Shown piece by piece: positions 1 through 9,239 of a stretch of DNA of 43,414 nucleotides. The DNA is from a virus (Duplodnaviria; Caudoviricetes): positions 1 to 43,414 of the IMG/VR virus record IMGVR_UViG_3300036943_000395; one strand, written 5' to 3'. Below the pieces are notes generated by a model. That model saw only the letters and a program-made list of their open reading frames with translations. It was not told the DNA's origin and ran no database searches. The first letter of the stretch is position 1. The number at the start of each line of letters is the position of its first letter. Made by a program: the position numbers and the translations under genes.

Positions 1-616
1 CTTTACGGTAGAAAGGGTAAATACAGATACTCTATATGCTGCAAGAGTAAAATTAGACAGCACTGCACTACTTGCTACTCCACAGGCTGGGTCAATTGAA
101 TTTAGTAACGATAGGTTCTATATAACTAATGTTGGCACTCAAAGAACAATTGTGCGGAGCTCTGACGTGTTGACCGATTCATTAAATGTATCCAACACAA
201 CCAGCGAAACAGTTATATACACTGGTGTGTTGGGCGCTAATGATTTGAAAGCAGGAAATAAAATCAATGTTGAGACAAGCGGTTTAATATCAAACAACTC
301 TGCTTCTGACGACATAACGATAAAGGTTTATATTGGTTCTACTGAATTATCGAGCTTTAAGCCAGCAATAGGCAATGTCACGAACGCAGTATGGTGTGCT
401 GATTTTGATATTACAGTGTATAGTGTAGGGGCAAACGGAAAAGTTGCTTTTCACGGACATACAGAGATCGATGATGATACTGTAGATAACGGCACAAAGC
501 TGCAAACAATTGACATGACTGCTGCACAAAATCTAAAAATAACAGCAACGTGGGATAATGCCAAAGCTGATAATGTTATCACTATATATCAAGGATTTAT
601 GGAATGGAAAAATTAA
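1..616 (+). CDS. C-terminal part of tail-fibre-like protein (continues from 42879..43414 if circular; ~383 aa total)
   Basis: Frame is open from base 2 (FTVERVNTDTLYAARVKLDSTALLATPQAGSIEF...) into the track ORF 152..616; beta-rich; LLATPQAGSIEF resembles phage fibre motifs. Confidence 0.65.
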   Translation, partial: FTVERVNTDTLYAARVKLDSTALLATPQAGSIEFSNDRFYITNVGTQRTIVRSSDVLTDSLNVSNTTSETVIYTGVLGANDLKAGNKINVETSGLISNNSASDDITIKVYIGSTELSSFKPAIGNVTNAVWCADFDITVYSVGANGKVAFHGHTEIDDDTVDNGTKLQTIDMTAAQNLKITATWDNAKADNVITIYQGFMEWKN

Positions 617-632
617 ATAAATGGAGGTTATT

Positions 633-1037
633 GTGAAAAAGGTTGCCCTGCTAATTATCGCAACAGTGATTATTTCAATTATGTGTGCGATAAACTATTA
701 CGTTGCAACATCTACTGGCACAACAACAAACTCTTATGTTGTTGCCGATAGCATGATTGTGCATGATTCTTATAACTACAGCCTGTATATTAAAAATACT
801 GGCGCAACAACAGATACTATCACATGTAAGGCTTACGGGTTTTACAAAAGTTGGGATGGTGATTCTCTTCAATTTTTGATAGACCCTGACAGGTATTCAT
901 ATACCATCAATTTAGCAGACGAAGAAACTATTGAATATAAAAATGACTGCCCGTATTACGGGATTAAGATTTTTGTGAAAAGCAAAACTGCTGGCAACCA
1001 CAGTACATATCGGACTTATATATCTAAGTTTAAATAG
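633..1037 (+). CDS. Hypothetical exported protein with N-terminal signal peptide
   Basis: GGAGG at 623-627 before GTG 633; MKKVALLIIATVIISIMCA has basic n-region and hydrophobic h-region; beta-rich mature part. Confidence 0.75.
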   Translation: MKKVALLIIATVIISIMCAINYYVATSTGTTTNSYVVADSMIVHDSYNYSLYIKNTGATTDTITCKAYGFYKSWDGDSLQFLIDPDRYSYTINLADEETIEYKNDCPYYGIKIFVKSKTAGNHSTYRTYISKFK

Positions 1038-1051
1038 GGCTGCCATGCTCC

Positions 1052-1087
1052 GACTGGGGCGGTTGCGCTCGTGCATCCGTCTCAGTT
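1052..1087 (+). terminator. GC-rich intergenic hairpin (weak terminator or RNA-stability element)
   Basis: gactggggcgg...ccgtctcagtt stem with G-U pairs; only a short U tail. Confidence 0.4.
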
Positions 1088-1113
1088 AATCTTAAAATAA
1101 AGGAGATAGGATA

Positions 1114-2433
1114 ATGAGAGATTTACTTAAGTTTATATTCACTGTTGCGATTATCGCAATGGTGTTTTTCTTTACTGTCCAAGTTAACGCTGATGCCGAT
1201 TATGGTTTAGGTATGGGGCAGATCACTATGCAAAATGATGTTATTGATATGCTGAGTAACAATGGCACTGGATATTTTATTCTTAGCTGCCAGAAGCTTG
1301 AGCCCGACACAATTGTAGTTGATACTGTTTATGCACGTGTTATCGTTGCAAGTCAAGCTATCCACTCTGATAGTATAATAGCAGACACAATTACGGCAAA
1401 TAATTTTATATTATCTGGATTAATGAATGTTGGCACTTCTGGAACGAAATATGATGTCACTACAGGAGATAATATAATTGGGATATATGCCGAAGATGGT
1501 ACATGCACAGGATATACTGATGGATTATCCGTTGGATTATATGCTTCTGGCGGTAATGGTACAGGAGCTTTAAGACCTGTTCAGGCTTTTGGTTATAATT
1601 CATCTGGCGGTAGTTTATCTGAACTTTATGGTGGTAGTTTTTATGCGATCCAGGAAGATGATTCAAATATTGAAGATAATTTATATTCTGTTATGGGTTA
1701 TGCCGAAATAGAGGAAACTGATGAAGGCGACACTCCCGATGGATATCTGGCTGGACTATTAGGTATTTATGACACTAATGGGGTTAATCCTACTATTTCG
1801 CTAACTAACCCAGGCGGAAAAGCTGCCGTTATTGGTGTAATAAAAGATAATGCAAATACTGTTCCTCATGCTGCGATTATGGCGTTTGCAGAAGGTGATG
1901 CAACAGGTACTACAATCCCAGCAGCATTCAAAGCGGTGAGCGTTAGATCAACCGCTGGCGGCGGATTTGATTATGGAATTGATTTCAATGATGAAGCTGG
2001 TTATGGTGAAAATATCCAGACAGCAGAAATTAGGGGTATGAATGGTGAGACAATAGATAATACTACTGATGGAGAATGGGATTTCGGTGCAGCTAATTTG
2101 GTTACAACAGGTAATATTACTGCTTCTGGTGGAGTAACATTCAATGTAACTACAGTTGAGGACTCAGCATATACAGTTTTGGTTTCTGATTATATAATTA
2201 ATATATCTCATACCGATACTGATACAGTAGATGTTACAATTCCAACATCATTAATTTCAGTCGGTAAGAGATTTGAAATCTGGGATACTGAATTTAATGC
2301 AGACACAAATTATATTACTATCAATACAGAAGGAGCAGAGACCGTTAATGAAGCTGCTGCCGACACTATATCAACTGCCGGCGGAAAAAGGATAATCTGG
2401 TCTGATGGCACAAATTGGTTTAGCAGAGAATAG
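1114..2433 (+). CDS. Tail-fibre/adhesin-like protein with N-terminal signal peptide
   Basis: AAGGAG RBS; MRDLLKFIFTVAIIAMVFFFTVQVNA/D signal; Gly/Thr/Asp-rich beta repeats; C-terminal YTV..SDY.I...SDGTNW fibre-tip-like domain. Confidence 0.7.
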   Translation: MRDLLKFIFTVAIIAMVFFFTVQVNADADYGLGMGQITMQNDVIDMLSNNGTGYFILSCQKLEPDTIVVDTVYARVIVASQAIHSDSIIADTITANNFILSGLMNVGTSGTKYDVTTGDNIIGIYAEDGTCTGYTDGLSVGLYASGGNGTGALRPVQAFGYNSSGGSLSELYGGSFYAIQEDDSNIEDNLYSVMGYAEIEETDEGDTPDGYLAGLLGIYDTNGVNPTISLTNPGGKAAVIGVIKDNANTVPHAAIMAFAEGDATGTTIPAAFKAVSVRSTAGGGFDYGIDFNDEAGYGENIQTAEIRGMNGETIDNTTDGEWDFGAANLVTTGNITASGGVTFNVTTVEDSAYTVLVSDYIINISHTDTDTVDVTIPTSLISVGKRFEIWDTEFNADTNYITINTEGAETVNEAAADTISTAGGKRIIWSDGTNWFSRE

Positions 2434-2450
2434 TAAATTGGAGGTATAAA

Positions 2451-2654
2451 ATGATTAAGAATTTATGGAAATCTATCGATGGCAATAAAACATTGATATG
2501 CGCAATTGTGTTTGGCTTTGTAACTAAGTTCGGCGTTGAGATTGGGATACCGCCCAACATTGTTGCGATGGTACAGTGGATATCAGGAATGCTCGGAATA
2601 CCCTCTATTATACATCATGTGATGAAGGGTAACTTCGGGACAAATAAAAACTAA
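2451..2654 (+). CDS. Putative holin
   Basis: 67 aa, two hydrophobic segments, DGNKT motif before TM1, upstream of endolysin. Confidence 0.65.
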   Translation: MIKNLWKSIDGNKTLICAIVFGFVTKFGVEIGIPPNIVAMVQWISGMLGIPSIIHHVMKGNFGTNKN

Positions 2655-2664
2655 GGAGTTTGGT

Positions 2665-2886
2665 ATGAAAGTTATCAAATGGCTTATTGAGCTCATTCCA
2701 GAGGAGCAGATTTTAGAACTGCTAAAATGGGTATATGGGCTTATGCCAGTTAAAGATTGGATTAAATCAATCTGTGACTGGCTCGAAGAACAGGCAAAGA
2801 AAACCGAGAATGAAGTTGATGATGAAATCGTAAGACAGGTACGGTTCATTCTTTACCGTGCTTTTAAAATCCCAATCAGCGGGTAA
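2665..2886 (+). CDS. Hypothetical protein in lysis cassette
   Basis: AAGGAG RBS; KKTENEVDD motif seen in small phage lysis-region proteins. Confidence 0.7.
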   Translation: MKVIKWLIELIPEEQILELLKWVYGLMPVKDWIKSICDWLEEQAKKTENEVDDEIVRQVRFILYRAFKIPISG

Positions 2887-2898
2887 TTGGGTGTTCAA

Positions 2899-2922
2899 AA
2901 GGGGCGGTTAACATCGCCCCTT
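2899..2922 (+). terminator. Hairpin aaggggcg...cgcccctt
   Basis: 8-bp perfect stem, weak U tract. Confidence 0.4.
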
Positions 2923-2940
2923 ATATTAAAGGAGATAAAC

Positions 2941-3207
2941 GTGGTTGGTGATCAAGAACTTGAATGTAAATACAAAAAAGAAATAATTGATATGCACAAA
3001 ACTTTATTAGGAAACGGTAATCCAGATTCTGGAGTTGTTTCCAGAATCATCAAAATTGAGGTTACGTTAATTCAAATCAACGAAAAACTTAATCATTTTT
3101 TAAACAAAAAAGCAAAAAAAAATGATCAGTATTTTAAAATAATGCTGGTTGTATTTAGTACATTGATTGGTGTGCTTGGCACATTGTTATTGATTCCATT
3201 TAAGTAA
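2941..3207 (+). CDS. Coiled-coil protein with C-terminal transmembrane helix (holin/XhlA-like accessory lysis protein)
   Basis: AAGGAG RBS before GTG 2941; LLGNG...G.V.RI..IE motif then hydrophobic C-terminus. Confidence 0.6.
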   Translation: MVGDQELECKYKKEIIDMHKTLLGNGNPDSGVVSRIIKIEVTLIQINEKLNHFLNKKAKKNDQYFKIMLVVFSTLIGVLGTLLLIPFK

Positions 3208-3216
3208 GGAGCATAA

Positions 3217-3621
3217 ATGATATATTTTAAAGAAAGCGAACTAACTTGCAAATGTGGTTGTGGCAGAAGCAACATGAGCAAGATATTTATGGATCAGATT
3301 GAACATGCTAGATACGTAGCTGACTTGATTTGTAAAGGTGAGGGATACGATCCAGAAACAGCAAAATTTATTGTTACTTCTGGATGTAGATGTGTGTTTC
3401 ACAACAAGGATAAGGGTGGTGCAATAAATTCACATCATATCTGTACAGATGTAATGGATTCAAGTGCGATGGATATTGCTTTTAATTCTGGTGTTCAGCT
3501 ATATGTGATTGTAAAAAGTCTTATTATGGCTGGGTTTAACCACATTGGAATTAATCGAGCTAAGCATTTTATTCACGTAGATGATATCAACGAAAAGTTT
3601 ATGTTTGTTTATGAGGAATAA
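3217..3621 (+). CDS. Endolysin, peptidase M15 family (Zn-dependent)
   Basis: F..SE..CKCGCG, TSGCRC..HN...GG...SHH, SAMDI and FIHVD motifs. Confidence 0.88.
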   Translation: MIYFKESELTCKCGCGRSNMSKIFMDQIEHARYVADLICKGEGYDPETAKFIVTSGCRCVFHNKDKGGAINSHHICTDVMDSSAMDIAFNSGVQLYVIVKSLIMAGFNHIGINRAKHFIHVDDINEKFMFVYEE

Positions 3622-3700
3622 ATGAGAGTACATGAGCGATTACATCAACAGTCCATCCGTTCCCCAACATCACCCATCCCGTCAAAACAACTTAGAATAT

Positions 3701-4540
3701 TCATAGTTTTATCCGTATTTGTTGTTTTTCTCCGAAATATTTACCAATTGATTTATTAGAAACCCACCAGCTAAAAACATCCTCAGCAGATTCAAATCTT
3801 TTGAATTTACCTTTACTCATTAAATATTTGATTGCTTTCAGAATATTAGCTTTATATATAGGGTATAGCTCAATTTCTCTTTGTTTCTTTCTTGTACCAA
3901 CCTTACAGCAGCCAATGCAACCTATTCTATCCCACCCCTGATCATAAAGATTGCAATAGGGCAAATCATTATCCCTGATATATCGCCACACATCGTTATC
4001 GCTCCAATCGAAAATAATATTAATAACCTGTTTTGCACGCCCAGTATTTTTTAAATTTTCAAGGGTATCAATATCAATTTTCTGACCTTTTAATTTTTTA
4101 TACCAATACGGCTTTAAAAAATATTCTAACTTTTTGCGCAATGAACGCTTATAACTTTCTGCCGCACGCACTCCTTCTATCATTATCCTACCATATCCAC
4201 TGCCCTCTTTTAATGCTTCACAACACCATGCTCCATTTCTACTTGGTAATCCCTTTGCTTTCACCAAATTATAAAAATTAGTGGGCTTTCCCTTATAGGT
4301 CGGATAATGCCATTCAACATCCGGATAATATCTTTTAATAAATCTAAGTAATTCAGGCGGGTCTATTGTTGTTGAGTTGTAATGTGCATCAAATTTTACA
4401 CCAGCTTTGAGAAGCAGATTATAACATACTATAGAGTCTTTACCTCCAGAGAAAGCCAGATAATATCCTTCTACTGGTTCATATTCTCTTATTAGTTCAA
4501 TTGCTTTATTTTCTTTATTCATAGCTTTGGTTATTGGCAT
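3701..4540 (-). CDS. Phosphoadenosine phosphosulfate (PAPS) reductase family protein
   Basis: PP-loop LAFSGGKDS, WCCEALKE, GVRAAES..R, RIGCIGC. Confidence 0.9.
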   Translation of the reverse strand: MPITKAMNKENKAIELIREYEPVEGYYLAFSGGKDSIVCYNLLLKAGVKFDAHYNSTTIDPPELLRFIKRYYPDVEWHYPTYKGKPTNFYNLVKAKGLPSRNGAWCCEALKEGSGYGRIMIEGVRAAESYKRSLRKKLEYFLKPYWYKKLKGQKIDIDTLENLKNTGRAKQVINIIFDWSDNDVWRYIRDNDLPYCNLYDQGWDRIGCIGCCKVGTRKKQREIELYPIYKANILKAIKYLMSKGKFKRFESAEDVFSWWVSNKSIGKYFGEKQQIRIKL

Positions 4541-4548
4541 CTTTCCCC

Positions 4549-5169
4549 CTAAATATTTAAATACAGCTGGTTACAACTGTTTATCCGATCTACTGCTTTT
4601 TGATAATAGTCTGCTGAAATTTCACACCCGTAATAATCATATTTGCTGTTTAAACAGGCAACCCCAGAACTACATGATCCAAAGTGACTATCGAATATTT
4701 TGAAGTTTGGTTTTGCATATCTATTTAACAGCCACTTATATAAATCTACTGGCTTTTGTGTTGGGTGAAACCTGTTTATAGGTCTATTGATGTTACCATA
4801 ATACGGCAACTCAACAATTGTAGAGTTTTCGTCAAGATCAGTCCACATAAGCTCACACCTGGCAAATCCTTTTATTGGTTGTTTTTTATCCCAAACAATA
4901 TAACACCGTGTTGGTGGTAAGTTAAAATAATTTCCTCCGAAGATTATACTGTTTTTTGATACCCTAAACAGTTCTTTAAAATACTCATCATCAGGTGCTT
5001 TATTCCATTCAGTACCGCCAGATACATTTCTGCCTTTGATTGGTTCACCACCCCAACCGTACGGAGGATCAACAATTGACAAATCAAAATACTTATCTTT
5101 AATGTTTTTCATATATTCAGTGCAATCCCCCATTACAAGAGTTAAGTTTTTATACGTATTTGTAATCAT
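4549..5169 (-). CDS. DNA methyltransferase, N6-adenine/N4-cytosine (beta class)
   Basis: DPPY motif IV, HPTQKPV, D.HFGS.S SAM-binding motif I. Confidence 0.92.
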   Translation of the reverse strand: MITNTYKNLTLVMGDCTEYMKNIKDKYFDLSIVDPPYGWGGEPIKGRNVSGGTEWNKAPDDEYFKELFRVSKNSIIFGGNYFNLPPTRCYIVWDKKQPIKGFARCELMWTDLDENSTIVELPYYGNINRPINRFHPTQKPVDLYKWLLNRYAKPNFKIFDSHFGSCSSGVACLNSKYDYYGCEISADYYQKAVDRINSCNQLYLNI

Positions 5170-5193
5170 ATTATACTGTTCTCCTTTTTTGCT

Positions 5194-5223
5194 TTAGCAG
5201 GGGAACAGCCAAACCCCTGCTAA
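5194..5223. promoter_or_regulatory. Perfect 10-bp hairpin upstream of the methyltransferase
   Basis: ttagcagggg-N10-cccctgctaa. Confidence 0.5.
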
Positions 5224-5272
5224 TATAACATAACTTGATTTAGTCAACTGCTTCTGGCTGTTTTTACTTTAT

Positions 5273-5452
5273 CTACTTTTTGCTTTCTTTGTTAATCGCA
5301 TCGTTAATGGCTTTTCTTTTAAACAGATAAAGCTTTTTACCGATTCTTTTGAACTTATAATCCTTTTCCAGCTTATCTAGTTTTTTGTAAAGCCTTGGTA
5401 TCCCTTTCCTTTGTCTGCGTCTTTCCATCCTGTTTGGGTATTTATCTATCAT
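5273..5452 (-). CDS. Small basic hypothetical protein (59 aa, not in ORF track)
   Basis: ATGA overlap with the exonuclease stop; MIDKYPNRMERRRQRKGIPRLYKK... Confidence 0.6.
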   Translation of the reverse strand: MIDKYPNRMERRRQRKGIPRLYKKLDKLEKDYKFKRIGKKLYLFKRKAINDAINKESKK

Positions 5453-6039
5453 TTTGCCCTCCGTTCGAAAAGTTTAACGTCTTGCAACATATTCATCATA
5501 TCAATTCCAATTGCTCTTGTTACCCTGATATCGTTCAAAGCATCATGAGCAATCAATTCATATCCAAACAATTCAGCTAGAGTTTCTAACTTACAGTTTT
5601 TGGTTGGTGGAAACTTACCAGCGATTTGAAGTGCTCTAAATAGGTGAAGCGTATCTAAAGTACCCCTAAAATTGATATAACTTCCAAGGTACTTATCTTC
5701 ACACCACCTGATTAACTGACCGAGATCAAAGCTCACGTTTTGACCTGCCAAAATGAATTTATCGCTTTTGTCAAACTTATTGATATAAAAGCCCATTGTT
5801 TTCTTGAACTTTCTCACCGATTCCATTCTTGGTGGAAACTTCATGATCTGTTCTTCAGTAAGCTGAATTATCTCCAAGGCTTCTGGAGATATCTCCGCAA
5901 ACTCATCAGGTCTTGCGTAAATATTAAACTCCTCTTTTTTAACACCGTTAATATCAATAATTCCAGAAAGCTGTACTATTGTTGATCTTTCTGATAAACC
6001 AGTTGTTTCACAATCTAACCACAATATCTTTTTACTCAT
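5449..6039 (-). CDS. DEDDh 3'-5' exonuclease (DnaQ/RNase T-like)
   Basis: LDCETTGL (ExoI), GQNVSFD (ExoII), AHDALND (ExoIII). Confidence 0.92.
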   Translation of the reverse strand: MSKKILWLDCETTGLSERSTIVQLSGIIDINGVKKEEFNIYARPDEFAEISPEALEIIQLTEEQIMKFPPRMESVRKFKKTMGFYINKFDKSDKFILAGQNVSFDLGQLIRWCEDKYLGSYINFRGTLDTLHLFRALQIAGKFPPTKNCKLETLAELFGYELIAHDALNDIRVTRAIGIDMMNMLQDVKLFERRAK

Positions 6040-6289
6040 TTTCGTCTCCTTCGCTATCTGTTGTTATTTGTTTGACAAAATCTAATAACTTGTCAAACTC
6101 AAAAAGATTATATTTGTCCAAATAAAATCTACCGCTCAGTATTATGTTGCCAGATTTTGGGCAAATACAAATACTATTAGTACTATCTATATTTATTTCT
6201 AAACGGAATTTCTTAATCGTGATTTCGATTTCAACACAATCCCTTAATATCGAGTTAACTAGATCGTTAAGTTCTTTATGTATATTCAT
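6032..6289 (-). CDS. Hypothetical protein
   Basis: AGGAG RBS, coupled to neighbours; resembles the C-terminal half of 6585..7130. Confidence 0.7.
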   Translation of the reverse strand: MNIHKELNDLVNSILRDCVEIEITIKKFRLEINIDSTNSICICPKSGNIILSGRFYLDKYNLFEFDKLLDFVKQITTDSEGDENE

Positions 6290-6292
6290 AGA

Positions 6293-6601
6293 TTACTCCT
6301 TTAATTCCCATTGATTACACCCAAACGCACTTCCAAACAAAACCCTGACATTACCAAACAAATCTGATGGATCATAATCTTCTGTTTCGTAACCATCACC
6401 TACATAAATACTTAAATTAGTTATGCGAAAATCACAGTTTAACTCAGGAAAATCGTATGGTTCTTTTGGATATTGTTCAGAAATTACCTTACCGTCTGTA
6501 TCTACAAAATCACCATCAATGCAGCGTTTTAAACGGTTGCACTCTCCTGCCAAATTGTTGAAATTTATCCAATGTTTACAGGTTTTACAAATCTTTTCCA
6601 T
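6293..6601 (-). CDS. Cys-rich hypothetical phage protein (putative metal-binding)
   Basis: CKTCKHW...GEC...FGCNQW. Confidence 0.7.
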   Translation of the reverse strand: MEKICKTCKHWINFNNLAGECNRLKRCIDGDFVDTDGKVISEQYPKEPYDFPELNCDFRITNLSIYVGDGYETEDYDPSDLFGNVRVLFGSAFGCNQWELKE

Positions 6602-7130
6602 TTTCTTTCCTCCTTAGCTTCAAAGCTAAATTAATGAAATCCTTTACCCCATCTTCCTTGATTTTAGAGTAAATAAAAGTTCCTCTTAGTTTTATATCGT
6701 TTGAGGAATATACATAGATGATTGAACAACCTTGTCTTGTTGTGATTTCCAACACAGTGTTATTAACAATAACATCCATTAACTCATCCTGTTTTCCAGC
6801 AAAACATCTAACTATTCTTATGGCTGTTTTGATAATATCTTCATCTATCTCTTTTTCAATCAAACCATCGTACCAGTCAGGAATATCATCAAACACCATC
6901 CCTTCTGGAACAGTAATTTCAGTTTTACAGTTTTGGCACTTTAGTGTGTGTACTAACTGTATCGGGTTAACAGTGACCATGTTTTCTTGAAGCTGTAACA
7001 CATCGTTGCCACAAATTCGGCATTTTACATATACCCAGCCAACTAGTGTATCACAACGTACATTATTATCTGCATTGAATACACCTGCACTTGAAGCTCT
7101 ATAATTAGGATCAATCTCAAATCTGTTCAT
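6585..7130 (-). CDS. Hypothetical protein with zinc ribbon
   Basis: CRIC...CQNC; GGAGG RBS. Confidence 0.72.
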   Translation of the reverse strand: MNRFEIDPNYRASSAGVFNADNNVRCDTLVGWVYVKCRICGNDVLQLQENMVTVNPIQLVHTLKCQNCKTEITVPEGMVFDDIPDWYDGLIEKEIDEDIIKTAIRIVRCFAGKQDELMDVIVNNTVLEITTRQGCSIIYVYSSNDIKLRGTFIYSKIKEDGVKDFINLALKLRRKENGKDL

Positions 7131-7231
7131 ACTAACCTCCTTTGGGAGTCAAAACCGGTATCAAAAAACTCCCAAGTATTTGTTAAAATTGAAAGAAATT
7201 ATTTTTTTTACCAGTTTTGATATTATCATTA

Positions 7232-7537
7232 TTACCACCTCATTGAATAGCATAAACCTATAGTTATGCCAGAGCCACTGTAAGCCACGTCAAGCCACGA
7301 AAAATTTTTGTCTGTATATTCCTTTAGGAAAGTAAGAGAAAGTCCGCCAAAAGCTGTGAGAATAGCCGGAGAGGGAAAGTCTAAGGCATTTAATACCTTG
7401 TAACATACCCAGCCCCCAGCTAAACCAGCAGTAAAATGTAATTCCCACCCGTGTTGAGTGACATATCTCGTGTTACATCCTGCCTGATTTGGAACAAAAA
7501 CCAATATCAGGATTGCAATTAAAATTAAATATCTCAT
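7232..7537 (-). CDS. Membrane protein/lipoprotein, YfiM/DUF2279-like
   Basis: Signal MRYLILIAILILVFVPNQAGC; HF..G, KE..D..FSW.D motifs. Confidence 0.6.
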   Translation of the reverse strand: MRYLILIAILILVFVPNQAGCNTRYVTQHGWELHFTAGLAGGWVCYKVLNALDFPSPAILTAFGGLSLTFLKEYTDKNFSWLDVAYSGSGITIGLCYSMRW

Positions 7538-7538
7538 C

Positions 7539-8330
7539 TTAGTCATCTCCTTGCACAATTTCAATAACATCTAGTGTTTCCTTTCTAAAATCATGTTCGT
7601 CTTTGTTAAACAAATATTTGTTTACACTATCCCTTATAAATAGTTTCTGTTTATTAGAAACTTTATATTGAAGATTTATAATCCACTCTTTTTTTACCTC
7701 AAATCGCTTAAAATTACCAGTAACAACACCGACTATAACCCAATCATATAAATCAAGTCCTTCTATTATTGCTTCTTGGATTGGTTCTATAGCTAACATA
7801 AACCTTACAGTTCCATCAGGATCGTTATATAGCCTATATTCAAGAACAAAATCGTTTGCGTCTCGTATTTTATCGTTAGTTGTTGCTGTTATCCCGAACA
7901 CAATATTATTTGGAATATCTCCAGGCATATAAACAGCATACACGTGTGGAAAAGATGTTTGTAAGATGTAGTTATTGTGCGGGTTTTTGCTTGCTTCATC
8001 AAAAACCATTTGTATCCAAGATAATTCCCAGAAATAAATTTCTGACATCATCCCAACCAGAATGTTTGATGGTTTTTTTGTTAGAGGAGGTTTGCAACTA
8101 TAGAGGCGCATAACAGTGCTGTAACTCTTGATCTTTTTTAGTATTGAATCATAATTTTCTTTTAGCTCGCCTCTATTTTTAAGATAAGTATGCTCCCTTA
8201 CAGCTATTTGCCTGGCACATCTTCTGGCAATCTCACGGGATTTACAATACTCCCAGCACGGTGTATCTACTGCACACCCCCAAACTGGATTCCATGTATG
8301 ATCAAAGCAATCTATGTTTGTGTCTTTCAT
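7539..8330 (-). CDS. Phage Gp37/Gp68-like (DUF5131, radical-SAM-related) protein
   Basis: TWNPVWGC....PC..YC, MSEI, IVFGIT, FMLAIEPI, DWVIVG..TG. Confidence 0.8.
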   Translation of the reverse strand: MKDTNIDCFDHTWNPVWGCAVDTPCWEYCKSREIARRCARQIAVREHTYLKNRGELKENYDSILKKIKSYSTVMRLYSCKPPLTKKPSNILVGMMSEIYFWELSWIQMVFDEASKNPHNNYILQTSFPHVYAVYMPGDIPNNIVFGITATTNDKIRDANDFVLEYRLYNDPDGTVRFMLAIEPIQEAIIEGLDLYDWVIVGVVTGNFKRFEVKKEWIINLQYKVSNKQKLFIRDSVNKYLFNKDEHDFRKETLDVIEIVQGDD

Positions 8331-8909
8331 TTATTTCACCCCTTCTTTGATTTTTTTATCTTCCAAACCTGGAATTGGTAATTTGTATTGATCATAATTA
8401 TACAGCTTAATAAAACCAATCAGATCACCGTATTCCTTAACCATATAGCAATATCCATTATCGTTATCTAATAAAAGATTTAATGAACAACAGTAAACGT
8501 TTGATGTGACAGATGCAGCCTCCTTAAAAGCTTGATAGCTTTTTTCATATATTTCATACTCAACACCTTCACAAAGTAAAACACGTGTGTAGTAATCACC
8601 TCGCTCATACAACTCATCTGTGACCTTCATAATCAGCTTTTGTTTCGGAACAACAATTTCATAAAACAAATTAACAGCTTCACTTATTTCCTGCCACAAA
8701 TCTACAATAACATCATGATTAGATACTGTTGGGATTTTAGCTTCTGGTGCTCTAACCCATTCGATATCGTAATTAAATAAAACTTGTGCTTCTTTAGGGA
8801 ACGATAAATAGTTTTTGTTTATAACAAGTTCGTTATTACAAACAAAATACATTGTTTTATCGATTATAATACCAGAATACACATTACTTGGTTCTAATTT
8901 GTACATCAT
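8331..8909 (-). CDS. Hypothetical protein
   Basis: Long ORF with AGGAG RBS, coupled to neighbours. Confidence 0.72.
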   Translation of the reverse strand: MMYKLEPSNVYSGIIIDKTMYFVCNNELVINKNYLSFPKEAQVLFNYDIEWVRAPEAKIPTVSNHDVIVDLWQEISEAVNLFYEIVVPKQKLIMKVTDELYERGDYYTRVLLCEGVEYEIYEKSYQAFKEAASVTSNVYCCSLNLLLDNDNGYCYMVKEYGDLIGFIKLYNYDQYKLPIPGLEDKKIKEGVK

Positions 8910-9238
8910 AACTCCTTTATCTTATTTACCAACTCAACAAATATTGGCTGTAGATTAAGTGCGATCTTATAAACCTTCTCAGGCTTTGTTAACTTAACTG
9001 GAATCCTGAATTTAATATCGCTTTTATATCTATCAATTTTTGGAATCAGGGTTGGGTTTACAAAAATATAGTTTTCGCTATTTTGAACAAATGTGAGTTT
9101 GCAATCCTCCATCGGGATAACGAGATATCTAATTGAGTATTTTGATACCTTAAGGTCAATCCATTCAGTATAGTAGTGATAAATACCATTACCATTATAC
9201 ATGTTTAAAAACATCAGCATTTCAGTTTTTTTTATCAT
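8906..9238 (-). CDS. Hypothetical protein
   Basis: GGAGG RBS before ATG 9238. Confidence 0.7.
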   Translation of the reverse strand: MIKKTEMLMFLNMYNGNGIYHYYTEWIDLKVSKYSIRYLVIPMEDCKLTFVQNSENYIFVNPTLIPKIDRYKSDIKFRIPVKLTKPEKVYKIALNLQPIFVELVNKIKEL

Positions 9239-9239
9239 A

